A stretch of 64,000 bases of DNA from Alphaproteobacteria bacterium (GTDB lineage: Bacteria > Pseudomonadota > Alphaproteobacteria > GCA-2731375): NCBI GenBank assembly GCA_965232515.1, contig CBDDPY010000002.1, positions 3,808,001 through 3,872,000 on the forward strand, in the 5' to 3' direction. Positions 1 to 8,505 of this stretch are shown here, piece by piece (position 1 is the stretch's first letter; each line of letters opens with the position of its first letter). The notes beneath the pieces are model-generated. The model did not search any database, was not told the DNA's origin, and saw nothing but the letters and a program-made list of their open reading frames with translations. The position numbers and the translations under genes were made by a program.

Positions 1-319
1 CGGACGCACCGGCGGCGTCATCACCGGCACGGCCTACGCCGCCTCCAAGGGCGGCATCGAGTCGCTCACCAAATCGATGGCGCAGGAACTGGCGCCACGC
101 GCCATCACCGTCAACTGCGTCGCGCCGGGCGCCGTCGAAACCCCGATGCTGGCCGCCCACCCACCGGAGCGGAAGGCCGCCATGTCGGCCGCAACGCCGC
201 TGAAACGCATGGCGTCGCCCGAAGAGATCGCGGCCGCCGTTTCCTATCTGCTGCAACCCGACGCCGCGTTTACGACCGGCGCCGTCCTGGCCGTCAACGG
301 CGGCCTGAGAATGGACTGA
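1..319 (+). CDS. SDR family oxidoreductase (FabG-like), 5'-truncated by window edge
   Basis: Frame is open from position 2 (GRTGGVITGTAYAASKGG...). Shows the catalytic YxxxK, the NCVAPG motif and a typical SDR C-terminus (TGAVLAVNGG). Confidence 0.9.
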   Translation, partial: GRTGGVITGTAYAASKGGIESLTKSMAQELAPRAITVNCVAPGAVETPMLAAHPPERKAAMSAATPLKRMASPEEIAAAVSYLLQPDAAFTTGAVLAVNGGLRMD

Positions 320-331
320 GCGGTATAGCCA

Positions 332-2320
332 ATGTCCGACGGTCCGCATTCCCGCTACCCCAACGTCTTCCGGCCCATCCGGATCGGCCGGACGGCGGTC
401 CGGAACCGGATCTTCGTGCCCGCGCATACCACCAGCTTCGGCGAGAACAACCTGCCGAGCGACCGGCACCTCGCCTATCACCGGGCGCGGGCCGCAGGTG
501 GCGCCGGGCTGATCATCTTCGAGGGCATCCGGGTCCACCGCTCCAGCCTGGGACGTCAGCAGGGCGTCAACGGCTACGACCGGGCGGCGATCCCGAAGTT
601 CCGGGACATCGCCCGCGCCGTGCAGGACGAAGGCGGCAGGCTGTTCGGCCAGATCATCCATCTCGGCCGACATATCGACGGCAACTTCACACGCACGCCG
701 TCCTGGAGCGCGTCCGCCATCCCCTGGTCGGCGACCGCGCCGGCGCCGCATCCGATGACGACGGACGAAATCGCCACGGTGGTCGCGGCCCATGGGGATG
801 TCGCGATGAACCTGATGGAAGCGGGCCTCGACGGCATCGAATTGCAGATGGCGCACGGACACCTGTTGCAGCAGTTCCTGTCGCCCGCGAGCAACCGGCG
901 GACCGACGACTACGGCGGATCGCCTGAAAACCGCCTGCGCTTCGCATTGGAAACCCTGGCGGCCGTGCGCCGTGCGATGGGGCCGGACCGGACGCTCGGC
1001 ATCCGCATCAGCGCCGATGAGTATCTTGCGGGCGGCCTCACGCTCGACGACATGACGGATATCGTCCGGCGGCTGGGCGACGCGGTGCAGGTGGATTTCG
1101 TCAACGTGTCGCATTCGGCTTATCACGGCAGCTACACGGTCTCGACCCAGATGGCCGACATGGCCTTCACGCTGGCCGAGTTCCAGCCGCTGACCCGCCG
1201 GATCGCCGCCGCCCTCGATGGCGCCGCCGACCGGCCCGTGGTGATGACGGTCTGCCGCTATCAGGAGATCGCGCAGGCGGAAGAGATGCTGGCGAGCGGC
1301 GATACGGATCTGGTCGGCATGGCCCGCGCCCATATCGCCGATCCGGATATCGTCAACAAGGCGCATGATGGCCGTGAAGCCGATACCACGCCTTGCATCG
1401 GCTGCAATCAAGGCTGCGCCGGGTTCCTGGCGCAAAGCCTGGCGATTACCTGCCTGACCAACCCGCGCGCCGGCAAGGAACGGTCGTGGCCATTGCCGGA
1501 AGCGGACAAAGCCGACGATCCGAAACGCGTGCTGGTCGTCGGCGGCGGACCGGCCGGCATGGAGGCGGCCTGGGTTGCCGCGGCGCGCGGGCACGCGGTG
1601 ACGCTGTGGGAGCGGTCGGACCGGCTCGGCGGCCAACTGAACTGGCTCGAGAAGATGCCGCTGCGCGCCGAGTTCGCGAAGCTGCTGACCTCACAACAGC
1701 GACGGCTCGAGCGCCATGACGTCAAGATCCAGCTGGGCACGGAAGCGACCATGGACTCGATCGACGGCCACGACGCGGACGCAGTCGTATTTGCAACGGG
1801 CGGCCGTCCGATGGCGCAGAGGCTCGCCAGCGGCCCGGTCGCGTTGACGCTACAGGACGCGCTTGCCGACCCGGACGCGCTCGGGCAGAACGTGGTCATG
1901 GTCGACGCGCTGGGCACCTGGTCGGTCGTCAGCGTGGCCGAGTTCCTAGCCGATGCCGGCAAGACGGTGACGCTGATCGCACCGACTGGCACGCCCGGCT
2001 GGACCATCAGCATGTACAGCGCCTTCGCCCTGCGCGACCGGTTGAAACGCAAGAAGATCCGGGTGATCGGCGGCCATGCGCTGCACGATCACGTCAACGG
2101 CGTGGCCCAGTTGACCGATCTATCGACCGGCGAACCCGGACCCACCGTGCGCGCCGACAGCGTCATCGCCCCGCTGCACGGCTCGGCCGACGATGCCCTT
2201 CGCAACCGCTTCGACGCCACCACAACATCGTTTCGCTGCCTCAGCGCCGGCGACTGCCAATCCCCCCGAACCGCTCTCGAAGCCGTTTACGAAGGCCACG
2301 AAGCCGGCCGCGCGATTTGA
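332..2320 (+). CDS. OYE-like FMN/[4Fe-4S]/FAD oxidoreductase (2,4-dienoyl-CoA reductase / DgcA / TMADH-like architecture)
   Basis: TIM-barrel motifs (NRRTDDYGGSPENR), Fe-S motif CIGCNQGC...C, and Rossmann motif VVGGGPAGMEAA; 662 aa. Confidence 0.9.
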   Translation: MSDGPHSRYPNVFRPIRIGRTAVRNRIFVPAHTTSFGENNLPSDRHLAYHRARAAGGAGLIIFEGIRVHRSSLGRQQGVNGYDRAAIPKFRDIARAVQDEGGRLFGQIIHLGRHIDGNFTRTPSWSASAIPWSATAPAPHPMTTDEIATVVAAHGDVAMNLMEAGLDGIELQMAHGHLLQQFLSPASNRRTDDYGGSPENRLRFALETLAAVRRAMGPDRTLGIRISADEYLAGGLTLDDMTDIVRRLGDAVQVDFVNVSHSAYHGSYTVSTQMADMAFTLAEFQPLTRRIAAALDGAADRPVVMTVCRYQEIAQAEEMLASGDTDLVGMARAHIADPDIVNKAHDGREADTTPCIGCNQGCAGFLAQSLAITCLTNPRAGKERSWPLPEADKADDPKRVLVVGGGPAGMEAAWVAAARGHAVTLWERSDRLGGQLNWLEKMPLRAEFAKLLTSQQRRLERHDVKIQLGTEATMDSIDGHDADAVVFATGGRPMAQRLASGPVALTLQDALADPDALGQNVVMVDALGTWSVVSVAEFLADAGKTVTLIAPTGTPGWTISMYSAFALRDRLKRKKIRVIGGHALHDHVNGVAQLTDLSTGEPGPTVRADSVIAPLHGSADDALRNRFDATTTSFRCLSAGDCQSPRTALEAVYEGHEAGRAI

Positions 2321-2353
2321 TCGTCGACGGGTGGCAAACTGATACCACTCGAC

Positions 2354-2373
2354 CTGTCTCCGCCAAGAGACAG
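2354..2373 (+). terminator. Stem-loop downstream of the OYE gene (possible terminator)
   Basis: CTGTCTC-cgccaa-GAGACAG inverted repeat about 35 nt after the stop; no clear U-tract. Confidence 0.3.
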
Positions 2374-2729
2374 ATCGGGAGGCCGGCCGGGCCGGCATTA
2401 TTGCAAGTAACTGTCTTTGAGCCGGAGCGAGAACGAAAACTCCAGCGCTTCACGTCATCGGGGTCCCCCAACGCAGAGGTCCGGTGACAATGCCCATCCA
2501 AGCGAAGGCTGAAGCAGTGGCTTGGCTCACGACAGAATTCCGTCCAGCAAGGATCGCCCATCGATTTCGCATCATGCAATGAATCTTCATATCGTGTGAC
2601 GATTTGCAATACCTCTACAAGCGGCTATCATAATCGGCGTCAAATATCTGACGTACGAAACGCGTATCCGAAAGCGTTCATGCGGGTCGTCGCCGGGACG
2701 ACAGAAGTCGAAACAGGGAGGTAATCACC

Positions 2730-3686
2730 ATGCGCAAACCGATCCTTGGCGCGCTGGCATTGGCGCTTGGCCTGAGCGCCGCGTCAATCGCCCATGCCGA
2801 GCAGTTCATCCGAGTCGGCGGGGGCCTGGCCGGAACCTATCCGTTGTTTGCCGCCAAACTCGTCGAGCTGATCAACAAGAACATCCCGGACGTCAAGGCG
2901 GCCGTCGTCTCCGGCGAGACCGAGAAATCGCAGATCGGGTTGGAGAAGGGATCGATCAACTTCAACATCTCCTACACCTACGTCACCAAATACATTTATG
3001 ACGGCAAGGCTAGCCTGAAGCTGCCGACGCCCAAGGTGCGCCATGTCATCACGATGTACGGCTCCAGCCTGCAGACGGTCGCCAAGAAGGACGGCGTCAC
3101 GGACCTGCGCGAGCTGACGAAGAAGCCGCTCCGGGTCTGGATGGGCGCGAAGAACGGCTTCTTCTATCAGTTGGCCGAACCGGTGATGCGCGCGCACGGC
3201 TTCGGCGTTGACGATGTGAAGTCGGCCGGCGGCGTCATCGAAACGTTTGGCTATGGCGATACCGTGCAGGCCTTCCAGGACGGTCGCCTCGATGTCAGCT
3301 TTTTCGCCGGGCCGGTGCCTTATGGTCTGGCGTTGCAGGTCGAGCAAAGCCCGGGCTTCCATCTCCTGGATATGGACGACGCGGCGCTGAGCAAGCTGGA
3401 AGAACTGCTGCCGGGCATGACACGAACCGTGATTCCGGCCGGCTCCTATAAGGGCCAGGTCAAGGACGCCCACGTGCCGTACTTCGTGAACCAGCTGACC
3501 ACCAGCACCAACACGCCTGACGAGATCGTCTATCAGGTCACCAAGATCATGTACGAGCAGTACAAGGCGTTTCACGGGCTGTTTCCGGGTTCGGAAGAAA
3601 TCGACGACAAGGACCCGCTGGCTCACAACCTGGTCCCCGTGCATCCCGGCGCGGAGCGTTACTACAAGGAAATCGGGTTGATGTAG
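2730..3686 (+). CDS. TAXI-family TRAP transporter solute-binding protein
   Basis: Signal peptide (MRKPILGALALALGLSAASIAHA), C-terminal PVHPGAERYYKE typical of TAXI SBPs, GGAGG RBS, and adjacent fused permease. Confidence 0.9.
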   Translation: MRKPILGALALALGLSAASIAHAEQFIRVGGGLAGTYPLFAAKLVELINKNIPDVKAAVVSGETEKSQIGLEKGSINFNISYTYVTKYIYDGKASLKLPTPKVRHVITMYGSSLQTVAKKDGVTDLRELTKKPLRVWMGAKNGFFYQLAEPVMRAHGFGVDDVKSAGGVIETFGYGDTVQAFQDGRLDVSFFAGPVPYGLALQVEQSPGFHLLDMDDAALSKLEELLPGMTRTVIPAGSYKGQVKDAHVPYFVNQLTTSTNTPDEIVYQVTKIMYEQYKAFHGLFPGSEEIDDKDPLAHNLVPVHPGAERYYKEIGLM

Positions 3687-3710
3687 CCCGCCTCGGCGCG
3701 CCGGCACATT

Positions 3711-3744
3711 GAAACGCGTGGGCCCAAGCCGGACCACGCGTTTC
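3711..3744 (+). other. Intercistronic 11-bp stem-loop between SBP and permease genes
   Basis: Perfect inverted repeat GAAACGCGTGG (3711-3721) / CCACGCGTTTC (3734-3744), followed by CTTT. Confidence 0.55.
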
Positions 3745-3853
3745 CTTTGCCAGCGCACCGCGAAGGTTACGCTGTCCGAACCGCATCGGTTCGCCAATCG
3801 CGGTCATCCCGCGAGCGTCGGCGGCATGCGGCGGACAATCCGCGAGACCCGTC

Positions 3854-6187
3854 ATGAGTGACACGACGGCCTATTTGATACGGCCAAACAGGACCGGCGG
3901 TCCGACCATGGTCGCCTGGATCGTCCTCGTCCTGGCGGTTTTCTTCGTCGTCATTCACCTTTACGCCGGCTTTTACGGATCGCCGGATTCGCTGCTGTTC
4001 CGTTCGCTGCACGTTTGCGCCGCGCTGATCCTGGTGTTTCTCTGCAACCCGCTGCGGCGGTTCGGGCGGCTCGGCCGGCCGATCGATGTCGTGCTCTGCC
4101 TCGGCACGCTCTGGTGCCAGACCTATTTCCTGATCGAGCTCGATACCTGGGGCGAGCGCACGGTGTTCTTTCGCCCGATCGACTATGTCACGTCCGTTCT
4201 CTTCATCGCCATCGTGCTGGAGGCCACCCGTCGGTCGGTCGGCCTGATCCTGGTCGTCATCTGCCTCGTCTTCATGACCCACGCGCTCTACGCCAATTAT
4301 TTCCCCGGCATGTTCTACGGGCCGCCCACAACGCTGGAGAACCTGCTGCAGTCGGTCTTCCTCGGCAGCACCGGCATCTTCGGCGTCGCCGTTGCCGTGA
4401 TGTCGCAGTTCGTCGTCCTGTTCATCCTGTTCGGCACGTTGCTGAACGCGACCGGCGGCGGCGCGTTCTTCACCCGCCTGGCCTTCGCGCTGTTCGGCCA
4501 CCGCGTCGGCGGTCCGGCGAAAGCGGCCGTGATCTCGTCGGCCATGATGGGCTCGCTGTCCGGCAGCTCGATCGGCAACGTCATGACCACGGGCGTGTTC
4601 ACGATCCCGTTGATGATCAAGCTCGGCTACCGGCGCGCCTTTGCCGGCGGTGTCGAAGCGGCCGCCTCCAACGGCGGCATCATCATGCCGCCGGTCATGG
4701 GCGCCGTCGCCTTCATCATGGCCGAGTTCCTGGACCGGCCTTATCTCGAAATCATCATCGCCGCCTTTATCCCGGCCCTGCTCTATTTTCTGGTGATCTT
4801 CGTGACCGTGCATTGCGAGGCGAAGAAGCTCGGTTTGCGCACGATCGAGAAAGCGCTGCTGCCAAGCCCGTGGCGGCTGGTCCGGCAGCAGGGGTATCTC
4901 GCGCTGCCACTGCTGTTGATCATTGGCGCGCTGGCGCTCGGCTATTCCATCGTTCTGGTCGCCGTCGTCATCATCATGGCGACCTTCGTGATCGGCGTCG
5001 TGCAACGGCAGAACCGCCTGAACCCGACACGGCTGCTGCAGGTCTTCGAGAACACCGCGCGAGCGACGGTGGGCCTGTCGGCGACGGCGGCCGCGGCGGG
5101 CATCATTCTCGGCGCGATCTTTGCCATCGGGCTGAGCTTTCAGATCGCGCAGGCCGCGTCCGAGGCCGCCGGCGGCCAGATCTGGCTGCTGCTGATCATC
5201 AGCGGCGTGATGGCGCTGGTCATGGGCATGGGCATGACGGCCGCGGCCATCTACATCACGCTCGTCGCGACCATCATTCCGATCCTGGTGATCGCCGGCG
5301 TGCCGACAATCGCCGCGCATTTCTTCGCCTTCTATTACGGCATCATCTCGAACATCACGCCGCCAATCGCGCTGACGGCCTATGCGGCGGCGCCGTTGGC
5401 CGGGACCGGGCCGATGCAGACCGCTTTCCAGGCTTCGCGTCTCGGCGCCGGCTGCTTCGTCCTGCCGATCCTGTTCATTTACGCCCCTGGCCTGCTGTTC
5501 GAGGGCACCTGGTGGGAGATCGTCAGTGTCTCCTTCACGTCGGGCATCGGTCTGATTTCGTTCGCCCTGCCGTTGACCGGCTATATCTGGGCGCCGTTAC
5601 CGCCCTATCAGCGGATGGTGCTGCTGCTTGCCAGCCTGCTGCTGATCTTCCCCGACGGCCTGTCCGACATTATCGGGCTGGTCCTGTTCAGTGCGGTGGT
5701 GGGGGCGAACTGGCTGGCGGCGCGCGCCGGCGACGCGGATCGCACCGCCGCGACCGCCGCCGCATCCGCGGGCGAGGAAGCGGTACGTGTCGAAACAGGC
5801 GGCGTCATGGCGCGATTCGCCCGCGCCCGCATCTCCAAGGACGTCGAGGCGGCGGCGGAGACACCCGACCTGTCGCGCAAGGATACGGACGCCATCCTGG
5901 CCGCGCTGACGGACTCCGACACCGAAGGGTCCGATAGCCGCTACCGCAGCACGCGGCTGCTATGGGCCGGCTGGATCGTGACCGCCGTGCTGGCCGTCGT
6001 CATGGAAGCCTCCGGCAGCTACTTCCTGCACGCCCGCCATCCGTTGCTTTGGGTGCTGGTGATGTTCCTGATGGCCGTCGTTGGCGTTGTCGGCGTCGTC
6101 CTGGCGGCACGCCAGGACGCGAAATCAGACGCCGGCGATCACGATCCCGCGGCCTTGAGCGACTCCCAGAATCCCTCGCGGGCATAG
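3854..6187 (+). CDS. TRAP transporter fused (4TM/12TM) permease with C-terminal extension
   Basis: GGPAKAAVISS, GSSIGNVMTTG, EAAASNGGIIMPPVMGA and ITPPIAL motifs; highly hydrophobic. Confidence 0.92.
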   Translation: MSDTTAYLIRPNRTGGPTMVAWIVLVLAVFFVVIHLYAGFYGSPDSLLFRSLHVCAALILVFLCNPLRRFGRLGRPIDVVLCLGTLWCQTYFLIELDTWGERTVFFRPIDYVTSVLFIAIVLEATRRSVGLILVVICLVFMTHALYANYFPGMFYGPPTTLENLLQSVFLGSTGIFGVAVAVMSQFVVLFILFGTLLNATGGGAFFTRLAFALFGHRVGGPAKAAVISSAMMGSLSGSSIGNVMTTGVFTIPLMIKLGYRRAFAGGVEAAASNGGIIMPPVMGAVAFIMAEFLDRPYLEIIIAAFIPALLYFLVIFVTVHCEAKKLGLRTIEKALLPSPWRLVRQQGYLALPLLLIIGALALGYSIVLVAVVIIMATFVIGVVQRQNRLNPTRLLQVFENTARATVGLSATAAAAGIILGAIFAIGLSFQIAQAASEAAGGQIWLLLIISGVMALVMGMGMTAAAIYITLVATIIPILVIAGVPTIAAHFFAFYYGIISNITPPIALTAYAAAPLAGTGPMQTAFQASRLGAGCFVLPILFIYAPGLLFEGTWWEIVSVSFTSGIGLISFALPLTGYIWAPLPPYQRMVLLLASLLLIFPDGLSDIIGLVLFSAVVGANWLAARAGDADRTAATAAASAGEEAVRVETGGVMARFARARISKDVEAAAETPDLSRKDTDAILAALTDSDTEGSDSRYRSTRLLWAGWIVTAVLAVVMEASGSYFLHARHPLLWVLVMFLMAVVGVVGVVLAARQDAKSDAGDHDPAALSDSQNPSRA

Positions 6188-6912
6188 GGCTCGTCGCCCA
6201 TATAGCGCACGAAGTTGCGCATCTCGACGGCCACCGCGTCCTCGATCGGCAACGGCGCGCCTTCGCGCATCGTGTCCTTGATCACGGCGAGGCAGGGCCG
6301 GACCTTGTCGCGCAGTTGCGCCACCAGTTCCTCGACCGCTGCCTGCAGCTGGTCCCGCGGCACGGCGCGCAGGGCCAGGCCATAGTCGACCGCCTCGCGG
6401 CCGGTCAACCAGCGCGCGGTCCAGATCAGCTCCTTGGCGCGCTGCGCGCCGATGCGCCGCGGCAGGCGCTGGGTCGAGCCGCCGCCCGGCATCACGTGCA
6501 CATGACTATGGTTGTCGCCGATCTTCGCTTCCTCGGCGATCAGCATGATGTCGCAGGCGAGCGCGATCTCGAACCCGCCGGCGCGGGCGAAGCCGTTCAC
6601 GGCCGCGATCACCGGGATCGGCAAGCGTTCGATGTCGAACAGGATCGCGTTCAGCCGCTTGATGACGCCGCCGAAATAGTCGATGTCCTCGAAGGCTTTC
6701 TTCAGCAGCTCGAGGTCGAGGCCGACGCAGAATGCCTTGCCGCTGCCGGTCAGCACAGCCGCGTTCACCTGCGCGTCCCGCTTCAATTCCGCCATCACCG
6801 CCTCGAGCTCGGTCATGCGCTGCTCGGTGATGCTGTTCAGCTGGTCGGGCGTGTTGAAGGTGACATAGGCCACCTTCTGCTTCACCTCGTAGGTCAGGGT
6901 CTCGTAGCTCAT
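6139..6912 (-). CDS. Enoyl-CoA hydratase/isomerase (crotonase) family protein
   Basis: AFCVGLDL, PVIAAVNGFARAGGFEIALACD and PGGGSTQRLPR motifs. Start is 6912 (MSYETL) or 6927. Confidence 0.9.
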   Translation of the reverse strand: MSYETLTYEVKQKVAYVTFNTPDQLNSITEQRMTELEAVMAELKRDAQVNAAVLTGSGKAFCVGLDLELLKKAFEDIDYFGGVIKRLNAILFDIERLPIPVIAAVNGFARAGGFEIALACDIMLIAEEAKIGDNHSHVHVMPGGGSTQRLPRRIGAQRAKELIWTARWLTGREAVDYGLALRAVPRDQLQAAVEELVAQLRDKVRPCLAVIKDTMREGAPLPIEDAVAVEMRNFVRYMGDEPYAREGFWESLKAAGS

Positions 6913-6916
6913 CGGA

Positions 6917-8494
6917 TCATTCTCCATTCGTCGTCAGACCGAGCGCGCCGGGATTGATGATCCCGTCCGGATCGAGCTGTCGCTTGATTGACCGGATCAG
7001 GGCCAAGGCCGGCGGCGCCAGGTCGCCACCATAGGGGTAGTACTTGCCAAGCTGGACCTGGCGCGCGCCGGCGTCGCGGAAGAGCTGTAACAGGTCGGCG
7101 CGCAGGCGATGGACCAGCGCCCGGGCCGCCGGGTTCGGTTCGGCGTCCTTGAGCTGGCGGATCTGCTCGGGCGTCGCCGCCCTGAGATGAAACGCGTTCA
7201 ACGCATCGGGCCAGAAGAACTGCGGTTCGATACAGACCAGATCGCCGCTGGTGCAGGTCAGCCGGCTGACCCGGATGCCGTGCGCCGCCATATCGGCCGC
7301 GTTCTCCGCGAGGAACCGTTCAAGCTCGCCATCGAAATCGACCAATCGGCTGCGGGGCAGCACGCCATGGACTGGCAGCCAGGCCTCACCGGCGGGACCC
7401 CGAAGCGCCTTGATCGGCCGGAACGGGCGCGCGCGGGTGACCCGCGGCAGGGCGTCCGGAATGGCCCGGCCGCCGTGGGCGCCGCAGACCGCCGCCGCTG
7501 CCCGGATCGACGCCGCCGCCGCGTCGTCGCTGCCGCCTTCGGCGACGAGGTGCAGCGAATGCGACAAGTCCCGCATATAGGCCTTGCCCGACCGCGCCAT
7601 TCGCGCGGCCGCGGTTGCGCCGCGCAACAGTCCACGCCCGGCGCGCAGGACGTCGGCGACCAGTGTCGCGCCCTCCAGCATCGAGAAGCCGCCGCGTTCG
7701 AGGTTGCGGTGGGTCTCCGGATCGAAGCCGAAGACGTCGGCCAGGCCCGGCACGTCGGTCAGCGCCAACTGCGCCGCCAGCAGCGCGGCGCCGGAATCGA
7801 AATCGAACGACGCGAACCCGGTCGCAGCTGGTTGCGGGATCAGTCGCAGCGTTGCCCGAACCTTGATCCCGAGCGCCCCGCAATCGCCGATAAACAGACC
7901 GGTCGCGTCAGGCCCGAATTGACGTCCCAGCGGGTCCGGCGTTTTGGCGCCGGTGGGCGACGTGGACAGCAAGGTGCCGTCGCCGGTGACCACATCGACA
8001 CCAAGCACGCTGTCGCCGGCGAACCCGTACATGGCCGAGCCGAAAAAGATCGCGTCCTGCGACAGGCTGCCGCCGACGGTCGCGACCGCGCCCGACAACG
8101 GTCCGAAATAGGGCGTGCGCAGGCCCTGTTCGGCAAGCGCGTCATAGAGCTTTCCCCAGGTGCAGCCGGCTTCGACGACGACGCGACGGTCAGCCGCGCT
8201 GATATCGACAATGCGGTCGAGGCGGCCCAGATCGAGCAAGATGCCGTCGGCCCGCGTCGGCAGGTACCCGCGCGTGTAGGACATGCCGCCGCCACGTGGA
8301 AAGACCGCGAGGCCGGCGGCCCGCGCCGCGCCGACCACGGCCACCACCTCCGCGACCGTGCCCGGCCGAACGACGGCCCGCGCCATTGCGTCGGCGGGAC
8401 CCGAGATGTCGTGGCAATAGAACGTCAGATCGTCCGCGCCGCGCAGCACGTTCGCAGTTCCGACGATGTTTTCGATCGACCCCAGATCCGCCAC
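6917..8494 (-). CDS. FAD-binding oxidoreductase (VAO/PCMH/GlcD-like family)
   Basis: PRGGGMSYTRG FAD loop, ATVGGSLS, GDCGALGI, and C-terminal LDPDGIINPG. Confidence 0.88.
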   Translation of the reverse strand: MADLGSIENIVGTANVLRGADDLTFYCHDISGPADAMARAVVRPGTVAEVVAVVGAARAAGLAVFPRGGGMSYTRGYLPTRADGILLDLGRLDRIVDISAADRRVVVEAGCTWGKLYDALAEQGLRTPYFGPLSGAVATVGGSLSQDAIFFGSAMYGFAGDSVLGVDVVTGDGTLLSTSPTGAKTPDPLGRQFGPDATGLFIGDCGALGIKVRATLRLIPQPAATGFASFDFDSGAALLAAQLALTDVPGLADVFGFDPETHRNLERGGFSMLEGATLVADVLRAGRGLLRGATAAARMARSGKAYMRDLSHSLHLVAEGGSDDAAAASIRAAAAVCGAHGGRAIPDALPRVTRARPFRPIKALRGPAGEAWLPVHGVLPRSRLVDFDGELERFLAENAADMAAHGIRVSRLTCTSGDLVCIEPQFFWPDALNAFHLRAATPEQIRQLKDAEPNPAARALVHRLRADLLQLFRDAGARQVQLGKYYPYGGDLAPPALALIRSIKRQLDPDGIINPGALGLTTNGE

Positions 8495-8505
8495 GCCGGT
8501 CGCCG

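Noticed and set aside
2241-2609. 122-aa minus-strand ORF in the OYE-TAXI intergenic region
   Set aside because: It overlaps the OYE 3' end and the TAXI promoter, and has no RBS or family motif and atypical composition.
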